A stretch of DNA of 64,000 bases from an uncultured Clostridia bacterium (GCA_937920235.1 CALGUK010000049.1:3151-67150); one strand, 5' to 3'. Counted from the stretch's first letter, positions 39,069 to 48,123 are shown. Made by a program: numbers and translations. The notes: generated by a model from the sequence alone, not told the origin.

Positions 39069-40416
39069 TTTTAAAATACTCTCAACAGTTCTCGCTTTTG
39101 TTCTTATTTTCAGCGCAACCGTGATGCCCTCGTCGGCAAAAACTCTTGCTGAAATTGAAGCTGAAATAGAACAATATGAAAAAGAACTTGCCGATATCAA
39201 TCAAAGCCAGGCTAATGCAGAGAAAAAACTTGAACAGCTTCAGGAACAGAGCCGTGCAATAGACGAAAAAATCCTGCTTCTTGAAAAAGAAATGGCTCCG
39301 ATTCAGAAAAAGATTGATGAGCTCACAAAAGAGATAAATGAGTTTGAAAAACGTATCGGTGTTCTTGAAGATGAGATTGATGATGTCAATGCTCAGATGG
39401 ATGAGCAGAACAAAGAGATTGACGATACTCAGGAGCTTCTTAAAAAGCGATTGAGAGCTACATACATGGCAGGCGAAACCTCCGAGCTTGAAATCTTTCT
39501 CAGCGCAACCGATTTTTCCGATTTCCTTGCAAGATCGGAATTTCTCCGTCAGGTCGCAAAACACGATACATCAATAATCACCAGTCTGGAAGAGCAGATT
39601 GAAGAGCTCAATCGTATGCTATCCGACCTTAACGCAAAAAAGGCGGAAATTGATGAAAAGAAGGTTGCTGTCGTTGAAAAACGTTCCGAGCATGAGGCGG
39701 AAATGGCTATTCTTGATGTTAAAATGGATGAGCTTGAATCGTCTCTTGCCAAGAACGAATCAAATATCAGAAAACAGAACGAGATTATCGGTTCATATAA
39801 CGAAGACAGTGCGTATTATAAGAAATTGATGGCACAGGCAGAAAAGGAATATGCCGATTTTGCAAATTCTATGGACAAGGAAATTGCAAACAACGGCTCA
39901 ACCGGTAACGGTGTTGTTGACAACGGCAATGTTAACCATAAGTTCAGAGTTTCATCAAAGGGTGTAATCTCTCCGTTGCAGGAATCAACAACATATTATT
40001 CCTGCGGATATGCCGAACACTCTTCAAGAGGTACAGCTTCGGTTGACCTTTGTGCTCCGGCAAACCGTGTTATCAACGGCAAAACATATTATACAACCAA
40101 GGGTGCAAAGGTTTATGCAATTGCATCAGGTACTGTTACAAAATCATCCTATCTTGCTTCAAGCTCCGGAAACTATATCAATATTGACCACGGTAACGGT
40201 TTGAGCTCACTTTATGCTCATCTTGATTCGAGATATGTAAGCGTAGGAAATTCGGTTGTTCAGGGACAGGTAATCGGACTTGCAGGCAATACGGGTAACT
40301 GCTGGCCGCGTCCTACTGCGGCAAACCCCGTCGCCGGTTCGCATCTTCACTTCGAGATGCGACTTAACGGTAACCGTGTGAATCCGGAAAACTATCTTCC
40401 TTATCCACTTGTGTAA
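39058..40416 (+). CDS. secreted coiled-coil M23 (LytM-type) peptidase, FtsEX-associated
   Basis: Signal peptide, about 230 aa of coiled coil, then an M23 domain with intact HxxxD (IDHGNG) and HxH (HLHFE) motifs. Its start overlaps the ftsX 3' end by 11 nt. Confidence 0.9.
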   Translation: MKISFKILSTVLAFVLIFSATVMPSSAKTLAEIEAEIEQYEKELADINQSQANAEKKLEQLQEQSRAIDEKILLLEKEMAPIQKKIDELTKEINEFEKRIGVLEDEIDDVNAQMDEQNKEIDDTQELLKKRLRATYMAGETSELEIFLSATDFSDFLARSEFLRQVAKHDTSIITSLEEQIEELNRMLSDLNAKKAEIDEKKVAVVEKRSEHEAEMAILDVKMDELESSLAKNESNIRKQNEIIGSYNEDSAYYKKLMAQAEKEYADFANSMDKEIANNGSTGNGVVDNGNVNHKFRVSSKGVISPLQESTTYYSCGYAEHSSRGTASVDLCAPANRVINGKTYYTTKGAKVYAIASGTVTKSSYLASSSGNYINIDHGNGLSSLYAHLDSRYVSVGNSVVQGQVIGLAGNTGNCWPRPTAANPVAGSHLHFEMRLNGNRVNPENYLPYPLV

Positions 40417-40439
40417 ATTACAGTAAAGGTTGATGCAGG

Positions 40440-41639
40440 ATGAATAAAAAAATTTCATTGGGCCTTGCAATTTCGCTTGTTTTCCTTGCTGTAGCATTAG
40501 CTGTGACCGTAACGATGATGGTGTCGATGAAGGTTTATAACGGTATTGTTAAGGACGTTGCCGAGCGTTCGGGAATTCATTCCACCGTTTCCGATATAGA
40601 TGACCTTGTACGTCAGCATTATTTCGGAGAGCTTAACGAAAATTTGCTCAAAACAATGATTTCGGACGGATACATTGAAGGAATCGGTGACAGATACAGC
40701 TATTATATGACATCGGCTCAATATGCTGAGTATAAGGAAGAGGAAAAAGGCAATAAAAGTGGTATCGGTGTAATTGCGGTTTATGATAGCCAAAATAACA
40801 ATATCTACATTTCGGAAGTCTCCGAGGGTTCTCCCGCACAGCTCCAGGGTATCGCAAAGGGTGACGTGATTACCGCAGTGGATTCTGTCAGGGTAACCGC
40901 TTCAAATTACGAAGAACTGCTTGCTAAACTTGACGGCGAAAAGCTGACAAACGTTCAGGTTGATTTCATTCATGACGGTGTCAGCAACACAGTCTCCGTT
41001 GCTCGCGGATATGAGGCTCAGACGGTGTACTACAGTATAAATAATAATGTGGGCTATATAAAGATCACTGCATTTTACAGCACAACGGCACAACAGTTGA
41101 CTGAAGCACTGGATTATATGAGCGATAAAGGTGTCGCTTCGGTAATATTTGATGTGCGAAATAACGACACGGGTCTTATTTCAAATGTCGTAGAATGTAT
41201 TGATATTCTCGTTCCGATAGCGGCAGAGGGAACAACTGCTCTTGCAACTGCTGTCGATAAAGACGGAAAGGTTATAGAAACCTTCACATCTGATTCCGAC
41301 AGCTCGAGTTTTGCGATGTCCGTTCTCGTTAACGGAAAAACATCCGGAGCGGCAGAACTTTTTGCCTGTGATCTTCGCGATTTCGGTATGGCTCAGTTGG
41401 TTGGCGATAAGACCGCAGGAAACGGCACGATGCAAAAGGTTTTTGAGCTTGATGACGGCAGCGCCATCGCTCTGACTGTGGCAAAAATCATCCCCTATAA
41501 GAGCGAAAGCTTTAACAGTACGGGACTTGAGCCCGACTATCCTGTTGAATTGACTGCGGAACAGTATTCTCGTCTTGAAATGCTCTCATTTGAAGAAGAC
41601 GCACAATATAAAAAAGCACTTTCTCTTATGGGCAGTTGA
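40440..41639 (+). CDS. ctpA: S41 carboxy-terminal processing protease
   Basis: N-terminal TM helix, a PDZ domain (GDVITAVDSVRV) and an S41 core (VLVNGKTSGAAELFA). Confidence 0.9.
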   Translation: MNKKISLGLAISLVFLAVALAVTVTMMVSMKVYNGIVKDVAERSGIHSTVSDIDDLVRQHYFGELNENLLKTMISDGYIEGIGDRYSYYMTSAQYAEYKEEEKGNKSGIGVIAVYDSQNNNIYISEVSEGSPAQLQGIAKGDVITAVDSVRVTASNYEELLAKLDGEKLTNVQVDFIHDGVSNTVSVARGYEAQTVYYSINNNVGYIKITAFYSTTAQQLTEALDYMSDKGVASVIFDVRNNDTGLISNVVECIDILVPIAAEGTTALATAVDKDGKVIETFTSDSDSSSFAMSVLVNGKTSGAAELFACDLRDFGMAQLVGDKTAGNGTMQKVFELDDGSAIALTVAKIIPYKSESFNSTGLEPDYPVELTAEQYSRLEMLSFEEDAQYKKALSLMGS

Positions 41640-41687
41640 TAAATAATTGATAATCCCTTCGCATAATATAGTGTGGAGGGATTTTTT

Positions 41688-42452
41688 ATGTTCTGTGCAT
41701 TGCGTATATACGAGAAAAATAAAACCATTGCCGATAAACTTTTCGGCTTTATGCTTAAGAATGAATATAAGGTTACAACTGTTCCTGTTTATAAGGCTGC
41801 ACCCTTCTTTCTGCTTGATGTAACTGTGCATAAGAAATACCCGGATGCGGAGAACATTATTTCCCGAGTCGGAAAATGTGCATTGCGTCTGGTCACGTCT
41901 TCTCGCGACAGATTACAGGGTACGGACGGGATAGGATTTTTTGAAAGCAACTTACTGTATGACAAGGTTATAAAAAATACATTTATAAAAATTCTTGAAA
42001 ATAATTTTGCAATGTTACCGACGGATTTATGTGTGATTGACACCGAGGGAAAAAATAAAGACTTTGTTATATCAGTCTGTAAATTTGCCGCCACATTATC
42101 GGTGGTGACCGAAAATAAAACCGATTATTTATCTGTTTGCGATGAAATCACGGAGCTTACCGGTATTTGTCCTGTGCTGAAAAACAAAGTGGAGAACGAG
42201 AATGTCTGTATAAATACAGATGAAAATAAAATAACTGTCATAAATCAGGATGACCGAACGGATATTCTGAAGGGAGATAAAATTATAATGCCTGATATTT
42301 ATGCCAAAATCATTCCGGAAGGAGTTCCCGAGCTTGAATTTTATTCTGCTTTGTATGAACTCTGCGGAGTGTTCGCATTGGGCGATTGCGTTTTTGAATA
42401 TATTACTGTCAATAATGAAAAAAAGCGTGTTGCGGATGTTCATTTTACTTGA
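41688..42452 (+). CDS. hypothetical protein
   Basis: 254-aa ORF with a GGAGGG RBS. I recognise no motif. Confidence 0.55.
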   Translation: MFCALRIYEKNKTIADKLFGFMLKNEYKVTTVPVYKAAPFFLLDVTVHKKYPDAENIISRVGKCALRLVTSSRDRLQGTDGIGFFESNLLYDKVIKNTFIKILENNFAMLPTDLCVIDTEGKNKDFVISVCKFAATLSVVTENKTDYLSVCDEITELTGICPVLKNKVENENVCINTDENKITVINQDDRTDILKGDKIIMPDIYAKIIPEGVPELEFYSALYELCGVFALGDCVFEYITVNNEKKRVADVHFT

Positions 42453-42549
42453 CACAGAGCTTTTTATCTAATATAATATACTTTAATTGGGGCAGTGCGG
42501 ACTGCTTGTTTCGTTGTGTCCAAATCCGAATATAAAGGAGTTTTTTAAA

Positions 42550-43017
42550 ATGGCAGAAACATTACTTACAATAGAAGGTCTCAGAGAGCTTGAAGCTGAA
42601 CTTGACGAGTTAAAGGTCAACGGCAGAAAAGAAGCTGCAGAGAAAATCAAAATCGCAAAATCATACGGTGACTTGTCAGAAAACAGTGAATATGACGAGG
42701 CGATGAACGATCAGGCAAAGCTCGAAGCACGTATCAGTGAGATTGAGCATATTCTTAAAACTGCAAAGGTTCTTGATGTTGAATCACTCAGCAATGAAAA
42801 CGTTCACATCGGATCAACGGTTAAACTTACAGATAAAAAGAAAAAGACCTACACATATACAATTGTAGGTTTCGCCCAGGCTGATCCTGCTGTCGGAAAG
42901 ATTTCTGACGAATCACCTGTAGGTAAAGCGCTTATCGGCCATAAAAAAGGCGACAAGGTGACAGTCGAAGTGCCGAGCGGTACTCTTGAATTTAAAATTA
43001 CTGAAATCTCAAGATAA
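42550..43017 (+). CDS. greA: transcription elongation factor GreA
   Basis: The sequence [17 protein letters not shown]...[13 protein letters not shown] is canonical GreA. Confidence 0.96.
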   Translation: MAETLLTIEGLRELEAELDELKVNGRKEAAEKIKIAKSYGDLSENSEYDEAMNDQAKLEARISEIEHILKTAKVLDVESLSNENVHIGSTVKLTDKKKKTYTYTIVGFAQADPAVGKISDESPVGKALIGHKKGDKVTVEVPSGTLEFKITEISR

Positions 43018-43027
43018 GGTGAATAAA

Positions 43028-44521
43028 ATGGCAGATAACATTAAGCAGACTCAGCCCGAGGTTGATATGGGCGAACAGCAAAAAATCCGTCTTGAAAAGC
43101 TCAGAGCCTTGCAGGATGAGGGCAAAGATCCTTTTGTGATTACGAAATATGATCAGACACACCACAGTGCAGATATTAAGGATGACTATGACAACCTTGA
43201 GGGTATAACGGTACGTGTCGCAGGCCGTATGATGTCAAAGAGAGTTATGGGTAAGGCATCGTTCTGCAATATTCAGGACCTTAAAGGCAACATACAGTCT
43301 TATGTTGCACGAGACAGCATCGGTGAAGAAGAATATAAGGGCTTTAAAAAGCTTGATATCGGAGATATTATCGGTATTGAAGGCTATGTTTTCAAGACAA
43401 AGACCGGTGAAATATCAATTCATGCAACAGCGGTTACGCTTCTTTCAAAGAGTCTTCAGATTCTTCCCGAAAAATTTCACGGTCTTACAAATACCGATAT
43501 GAGATATCGTCAGCGCTATATTGACCTTATTATGAATCAGGAGTCCAAGCAGACGCTTATCAATCGTTCAAAAATTATCAGCGCAATCCGTAAGTATCTT
43601 GACGGTGAGGGCTTTATGGAAGTTGAAACTCCTATGCTTGTTTACAATGCGGGAGGAGCCGCGGCAAGACCATTTGAGACACACTTCAATGCTCTTGATA
43701 CCGATATTAAGCTTCGCATATCGCTTGAACTTTACTTAAAGCGTCTTATCGTTGGCGGTATGGAAAAGGTGTATGAAATCGGCAGAGTTTTCCGAAACGA
43801 AGGACTTGATACGCGTCATAATCCGGAATTTACTCTTATGGAGCTTTACCAGGCTTATACAGATTATCACGGTATGATGGATCTTACCGAAAATCTTTAC
43901 CGTTTTGTTGCTCAGGAGGTTCTCGGAACAACAAAAATTACATTCAATGGTATTGAAATGGATCTCGGCAAGCCGTTTGAAAGAATTACAATGCTTGATG
44001 CGGTTAAGAAGTATTCCGGCGTTGATTTTAATGAAATTCATTCAACTGAAGAGGCTCATGCAGTTGCGAAAGAGTATCATGTAGAGTTCGAAAAACATCA
44101 TAAAAAGGGTGACATTCTCAATCTTTTCTTTGAAGAATTTGTTGAAGAACATCTTGTTCAGCCGACCTTTGTTATGGATCATCCGATTGAGATTTCACCG
44201 CTTACAAAGAAAAAGCCTGAAGACCCCGATTATGTTGAACGTTTTGAATTCTTTATGAATGGTTGGGAGATGGCCAACGCATATTCCGAGCTTAACGACC
44301 CCATTGACCAGAGAGAGCGCTTCAAGGCTCAGGAGGAGCTTCTCGCTCTCGGAGATGAGGAGGCTAACACAACAGATGAGGACTTCCTCTATGCACTTGA
44401 ACTCGGTATGCCGCCAACGGGAGGCATCGGATTTGGTATCGACCGTATGACAATGCTGCTTACCGACAGCCAGGCAATCCGTGATGTAATCCTCTTCCCC
44501 ACAATGAAGCCCATCGATTAA
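43028..44521 (+). CDS. lysS: lysine--tRNA ligase (class II)
   Basis: OB anticodon-binding domain plus class II motifs (FRNEG..., [14 protein letters not shown]). Confidence 0.97.
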   Translation: MADNIKQTQPEVDMGEQQKIRLEKLRALQDEGKDPFVITKYDQTHHSADIKDDYDNLEGITVRVAGRMMSKRVMGKASFCNIQDLKGNIQSYVARDSIGEEEYKGFKKLDIGDIIGIEGYVFKTKTGEISIHATAVTLLSKSLQILPEKFHGLTNTDMRYRQRYIDLIMNQESKQTLINRSKIISAIRKYLDGEGFMEVETPMLVYNAGGAAARPFETHFNALDTDIKLRISLELYLKRLIVGGMEKVYEIGRVFRNEGLDTRHNPEFTLMELYQAYTDYHGMMDLTENLYRFVAQEVLGTTKITFNGIEMDLGKPFERITMLDAVKKYSGVDFNEIHSTEEAHAVAKEYHVEFEKHHKKGDILNLFFEEFVEEHLVQPTFVMDHPIEISPLTKKKPEDPDYVERFEFFMNGWEMANAYSELNDPIDQRERFKAQEELLALGDEEANTTDEDFLYALELGMPPTGGIGFGIDRMTMLLTDSQAIRDVILFPTMKPID

Positions 44522-44618
44522 GAAAAATTACTATTTGCAAGGGATTCGCGGTGTGCTCAATTGAATTTACCCACGATTTACCCGTTATGACAAATTAAAG
44601 AAAGGCTATACATTTTAA

Positions 44619-44661
44619 ACCCCGTTTTTGCAATTTGCAGAGACGGGGTGTTTGCTTTTTT
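44619..44661 (+). terminator. rho-independent terminator after lysS
   Basis: Hairpin accccgt / acggggt with a long loop, followed by TTTGCTTTTTT. Confidence 0.6.
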
Positions 44662-44680
44662 ATAGCCATATTTTGTTTTC

Positions 44681-44749
44681 TTGCAAAAACGCAGGGAAAA
44701 TCTGCAATTTTGCTATTTACTTGCTATTGAAAACGGGTTATGATAAAAT
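44681..44749 (+). promoter_or_regulatory. activator-type promoter with phased TGCAA repeats upstream of the LytTR operon
   Basis: TGCAA cores at 44682 and 44703 (21-bp phase). CTGCAATTTTGC at 44702-44713 and TATTGAAAACG at 44725-44735. Extended -10 TGATAAAAT at 44741-44749. No good -35 element. Confidence 0.5.
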
Positions 44750-44793
44750 TAAAATAAGATATATTTCTTTTTTAGGCGAATAGGAGCTGTGTT

Positions 44794-45492
44794 ATGAAAA
44801 TACTTATCTGTGATGACGAAGTCAGATATATAAATGACCTGCGCAGGTATATTGAGGAATATATGAAAAACCACGGTATCGCCTGTGAGATTGATACAAC
44901 TACCGTGCCCAATGAAATAACAGATAATAATGTCGTTTATGATTTAGTGTTTCTTGATATAAGAATGCCGAATTTTGACGGAATTGACCTCGCCTATGAG
45001 CTGAAAGAACGAAACAGCAAGGTTGTTATATTTTTTGTTACTGCGTTCAATGAATATCAGGATGCAGCAATGGATTTACAGGTTTTCCGATTCTTTGAGA
45101 AGCCCTTTGATGCAAAACGATTATTTTCCAGTCTTGACAAAGCTATGGAATATATTGACGGCTCATATGTTGAAGTGTTTGTATATAACAATAAGGAACA
45201 CAAGAGAATTCTTGTCGATGATATAGTTTATATTGAAAACAGAAGCAGAAAAACGCATATCTACACACAGAAAAGTGAAATGATTGTCCGTGATTCTATT
45301 GACGAGTGGACAGAAAAATTGCCTACAACCTTCTTTTTCCGTGTTCATAAATCCTTTCTCGTTAACCTTCATTATGTTACAAAGTACAGTTATGAGGAGC
45401 TTTATCTTAACGAAAATATAAGAATCCCTGTTGCCACAAGAAAGCAGGCGGATTTTCATAAGGCCTGGTTCAGATATCTGAAAAGGAGATAG
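44794..45492 (+). CDS. LytTR-family response regulator
   Basis: Receiver domain (LICDDE..., phospho-acceptor context LVFLDIRMP) plus a LytTR DNA-binding domain (FFRVHKSFLVNLHYV). Confidence 0.93.
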   Translation: MKILICDDEVRYINDLRRYIEEYMKNHGIACEIDTTTVPNEITDNNVVYDLVFLDIRMPNFDGIDLAYELKERNSKVVIFFVTAFNEYQDAAMDLQVFRFFEKPFDAKRLFSSLDKAMEYIDGSYVEVFVYNNKEHKRILVDDIVYIENRSRKTHIYTQKSEMIVRDSIDEWTEKLPTTFFFRVHKSFLVNLHYVTKYSYEELYLNENIRIPVATRKQADFHKAWFRYLKRR

Positions 45493-45495
45493 AGA

Positions 45496-46776
45496 ATGTT
45501 TTTAGCTTTTTCATTTGCTTATTTAACAGAGTTTATATCAGCACATATTTTGTTTTCTTCAGCTGCAGAAAAGAAATATAAATCAGGAAAATGCTTTTTA
45601 ATAGGAGCAATTTTATTCGGAATAAGCATAATTATATGTTTTGTTGTCAGAAAGTTTACCTGGATTAATTTGATTATATACCTTATAATTGATATTTTAT
45701 ATGCTTATCTATGCTTTGATATGGGGATAAAAAAATCCATATTATACGGAACAATAGTTACACTTATAGGTGTAATATGGGAGGTGTTTGTTGAAATAAC
45801 GCTGTTATCAGTAACAGGTGCTGATTCCGAAGAATTACTGACAAGTGTGCTCGCTGTATCGATATGTTCTTATATAAGTAAAATGCTTTTGTTTATATCA
45901 GTATTGATTTTGTCAAGATTTGTCGCAAAAAATGATGCAGTAAAACTACCGGTGTCTGTCACTATCTATCCGATTGTGCTGATTATTGTCCTTTTAGCCT
46001 TTTGGGAGGTGTGTGAGAAATGTCAAGTGAACTCAACAGGGCAGCTTGCACTGGCAATTACCGCTGCAGGTCTTATTATTCCGACGGTGCTTTTCTTTTT
46101 GATTTACCAAAGAAATATTGAAAGAGAAAACGAATTGTTCTGTTTGAAAAAAGAAATGGATAAAATTGAAACGGAAAAGAGTTATTACGATATTCTCGAT
46201 AAGCAAAATCAGAACTTAAGAATATATGTCCATGATACTAAAAAACATCTTGCCGCAATAAAAAGTCTGAATACGGATCCGCAAATTGAGAAATATCTCA
46301 ATAAAATAACTGAAAATCTTGCTACATACAGCAAAGTCAGTCGCAGCGGTAATCACTCGTTTGATGTTATCATCAACAGATATGTTACGGAATGTGCAAT
46401 CAAAAAGCTTAACTTTACGTTTGATACAAGACTTAAAAATCTGGAATATATTGAGAATTATGACCTTGTGACCATACTCGGAAATCTGCTTGATAATGCC
46501 CTGGAATCTGCGGAGCAGTCACAAAACCGAGAAATTACTCTTTCAACGGATTGCAGAAACGGTTATGATGTTTTGATTATTACAAACAGTTGTGATATTG
46601 AACCAAAATCTCTGAATAATAAGCTGATTACAACAAAAGCTGACAAAAAGCTCCACGGTATCGGACTTAAAAGTGTTGCAAAAACATTATTAAAGTATAA
46701 CGGAGATTTCGACTGGGATTATGATGAGCAAAATAAAATTTTTACGGCAACCGTTATGATGTCGGAGGTAAAATAA
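45496..46776 (+). CDS. multi-pass sensor histidine kinase (HPK10/AgrC-like, GHKL ATPase)
   Basis: About 6 TM helices, a coiled coil, an H-box YVHDTKKHL, an N-box LGNLLDNALES and a G-box HGIGLKSV. Confidence 0.9.
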   Translation: MFLAFSFAYLTEFISAHILFSSAAEKKYKSGKCFLIGAILFGISIIICFVVRKFTWINLIIYLIIDILYAYLCFDMGIKKSILYGTIVTLIGVIWEVFVEITLLSVTGADSEELLTSVLAVSICSYISKMLLFISVLILSRFVAKNDAVKLPVSVTIYPIVLIIVLLAFWEVCEKCQVNSTGQLALAITAAGLIIPTVLFFLIYQRNIERENELFCLKKEMDKIETEKSYYDILDKQNQNLRIYVHDTKKHLAAIKSLNTDPQIEKYLNKITENLATYSKVSRSGNHSFDVIINRYVTECAIKKLNFTFDTRLKNLEYIENYDLVTILGNLLDNALESAEQSQNREITLSTDCRNGYDVLIITNSCDIEPKSLNNKLITTKADKKLHGIGLKSVAKTLLKYNGDFDWDYDEQNKIFTATVMMSEVK

Positions 46777-46777
46777 T

Positions 46778-47626
46778 ATGATTTATATTGTCGGTTTAGC
46801 AACTTCATATTTTGTTGAAGCTCTGTCGTCCTATATATTATTTTCACACGTCGGTGAAAAAAGGTTTAAATCCGTATATTGCTTTCTGATTGGCACAGGT
46901 CTGCATTCCCTCGGCATGTTTATCAATTTGTTGGGCAAGAATAAGATATGGATAAATTTAATTGCCTTTTTGATCATTACCGTTATATTCGGTATGCTTG
47001 CATTTAAAATCAATTTTAATATGGTTTGCTTATACTCTGTATTTATTGTTGCTATTTGTACATTCTGCGAAATGTATATGGAAATGCTCATTACCTCTGT
47101 TACGGATATGCAAATGCAAAGCTATCTGACGAGCGATATGGTAATGGTTGCGTTAGTTATATTCGGTAAAGGGTTTTATTTAATCAGCATACTGCTGATG
47201 TCAAGACTCATAAAACGGGAAAACCGTGTTAAATTACCCTTGGTTATGTTTCTTTACCCCATTTCTGCTTTTTTATCCTTTGCAGTCATCTGGTATGTGT
47301 GCAGATATTGCAATGTCAATTCTTACGGCAAGCTTGTTCTGTCAACAGTTATGATGCTGCTTTTTGCTGTGGTTGTATTTCTGCTTTTTTCTTACCAGAA
47401 AGGTATTGAGAGAGAAAGCAAACTGCTTGAACTCAAAACACAAATTGAAAAATCAGAAACGGAAAAAACATATTACAGCATCATTGAAAAGCAAAATGAT
47501 AATCTTATTTCTTATGCAGACGATACGCAAAAGCATCTTAAAGCAATAAAAATGCTTAATTCCGATCCGCAGATTGATGAATACATCAATAAGATGCTTG
47601 CAAGTCTGGATGAATACGGTAAATAA
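46778..47626 (+). CDS. truncated paralog of the upstream kinase (sensor TM domain + dimerisation helix; no ATPase domain, His replaced by Asp)
   Basis: Collinear similarity to kinase residues 1-~280. The aligned H-box reads YADDTQKHL. The ORF ends right before the position of the N-box and is followed by a terminator. ATG lies 1 nt after the kinase stop. Confidence 0.75.
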   Translation: MIYIVGLATSYFVEALSSYILFSHVGEKRFKSVYCFLIGTGLHSLGMFINLLGKNKIWINLIAFLIITVIFGMLAFKINFNMVCLYSVFIVAICTFCEMYMEMLITSVTDMQMQSYLTSDMVMVALVIFGKGFYLISILLMSRLIKRENRVKLPLVMFLYPISAFLSFAVIWYVCRYCNVNSYGKLVLSTVMMLLFAVVVFLLFSYQKGIERESKLLELKTQIEKSETEKTYYSIIEKQNDNLISYADDTQKHLKAIKMLNSDPQIDEYINKMLASLDEYGK

Positions 47627-47631
47627 AAATC

Positions 47632-47667
47632 ACCCTCGTTTCCTTATGGCGACGAGGGTTTTGCTTT
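47632..47667. terminator. bidirectional terminator between the kinase paralog and the XRE gene
   Basis: Hairpin accctcgt / acgagggt, with T-rich runs on both strands. Confidence 0.75.
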
Positions 47668-47863
47668 ATTCAATTATAAATAAATCGCCGGGCAAACAGT
47701 CAAAAATTTTGCACAGCTTTTCTATGGTTTCAAGCTGTAAGCCGGTTAATGTGTTATCGCAGAGCTTGTTGACGGTTTTATATGTCGTCTGCATTTCCTT
47801 TACCAGCCAATATCTTGTTTTACCTTTTTTATCAAGTAAATTCTGAATATTCATTTTAATCAT
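47666..47863 (-). CDS. XRE/Cro-type helix-turn-helix transcriptional regulator
   Basis: 65 aa. The segment KTRYWLVKEMQTTYKTVNKLCDN...LETIEKLCKIFDCLPGDLF is typical of short HTH_26/XRE proteins. AGGTGA RBS. Confidence 0.85.
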   Translation of the reverse strand: MIKMNIQNLLDKKGKTRYWLVKEMQTTYKTVNKLCDNTLTGLQLETIEKLCKIFDCLPGDLFIIE

Positions 47864-47910
47864 AATATATCACCTAATAAATTGTAACATTAGTATATCT
47901 GAAATATAAT

Positions 47911-47939
47911 CAACCAAACGGTAGTGTACCAAGTGGTTG
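47911..47939. promoter_or_regulatory. 29-bp imperfect palindrome (candidate XRE operator)
   Basis: CAACCA-nnn-GGTA-nnn-TACC-nnn-TGGTTG. The right arm overlaps the -35 element of the + strand promoter. Confidence 0.4.
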
Positions 47940-47965
47940 ACTATTTTGCTTTTCTGTGATAATAT
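47937..47965 (+). promoter_or_regulatory. near-consensus sigma-A promoter facing the S8/LRR genes
   Basis: TTGACT, a 17-nt spacer, then TGATAATAT (extended -10). Confidence 0.5.
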
Positions 47966-48050
47966 GTCTTTAGAGGTAAAAGATGCACTTTTTTAAGGAT
48001 TGTCCGGCCGAAAAGTGAGGTGAACTCGTTAAGGAAAAATTTTTATTGTT

Positions 48051-48123
48051 TTCCTGCAATTTTACTTATTTTTTCTGCAGTTTTGCAGGGGATATTTTAT
48101 TGAAAACGATAATTTGATATAAT
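48051..48123 (+). promoter_or_regulatory. activator-type promoter with 21-bp phased CTGCA(A/G)TTTT direct repeats (candidate LytTR site)
   Basis: CTGCAATTTT at 48054-48063 and CTGCAGTTTT at 48075-48084. TATTGAAAACG at 48098-48108. Extended -10 TGATATAAT at 48115-48123. The layout matches 44681-44749. Confidence 0.5.

Noticed and set aside
42453-43027. A T-box or other leader upstream of greA/lysS.
   Set aside because: The greA leader is under 100 nt and has only a 5-bp hairpin. lysS starts 10 nt after greA, so there is no room for a T-box.
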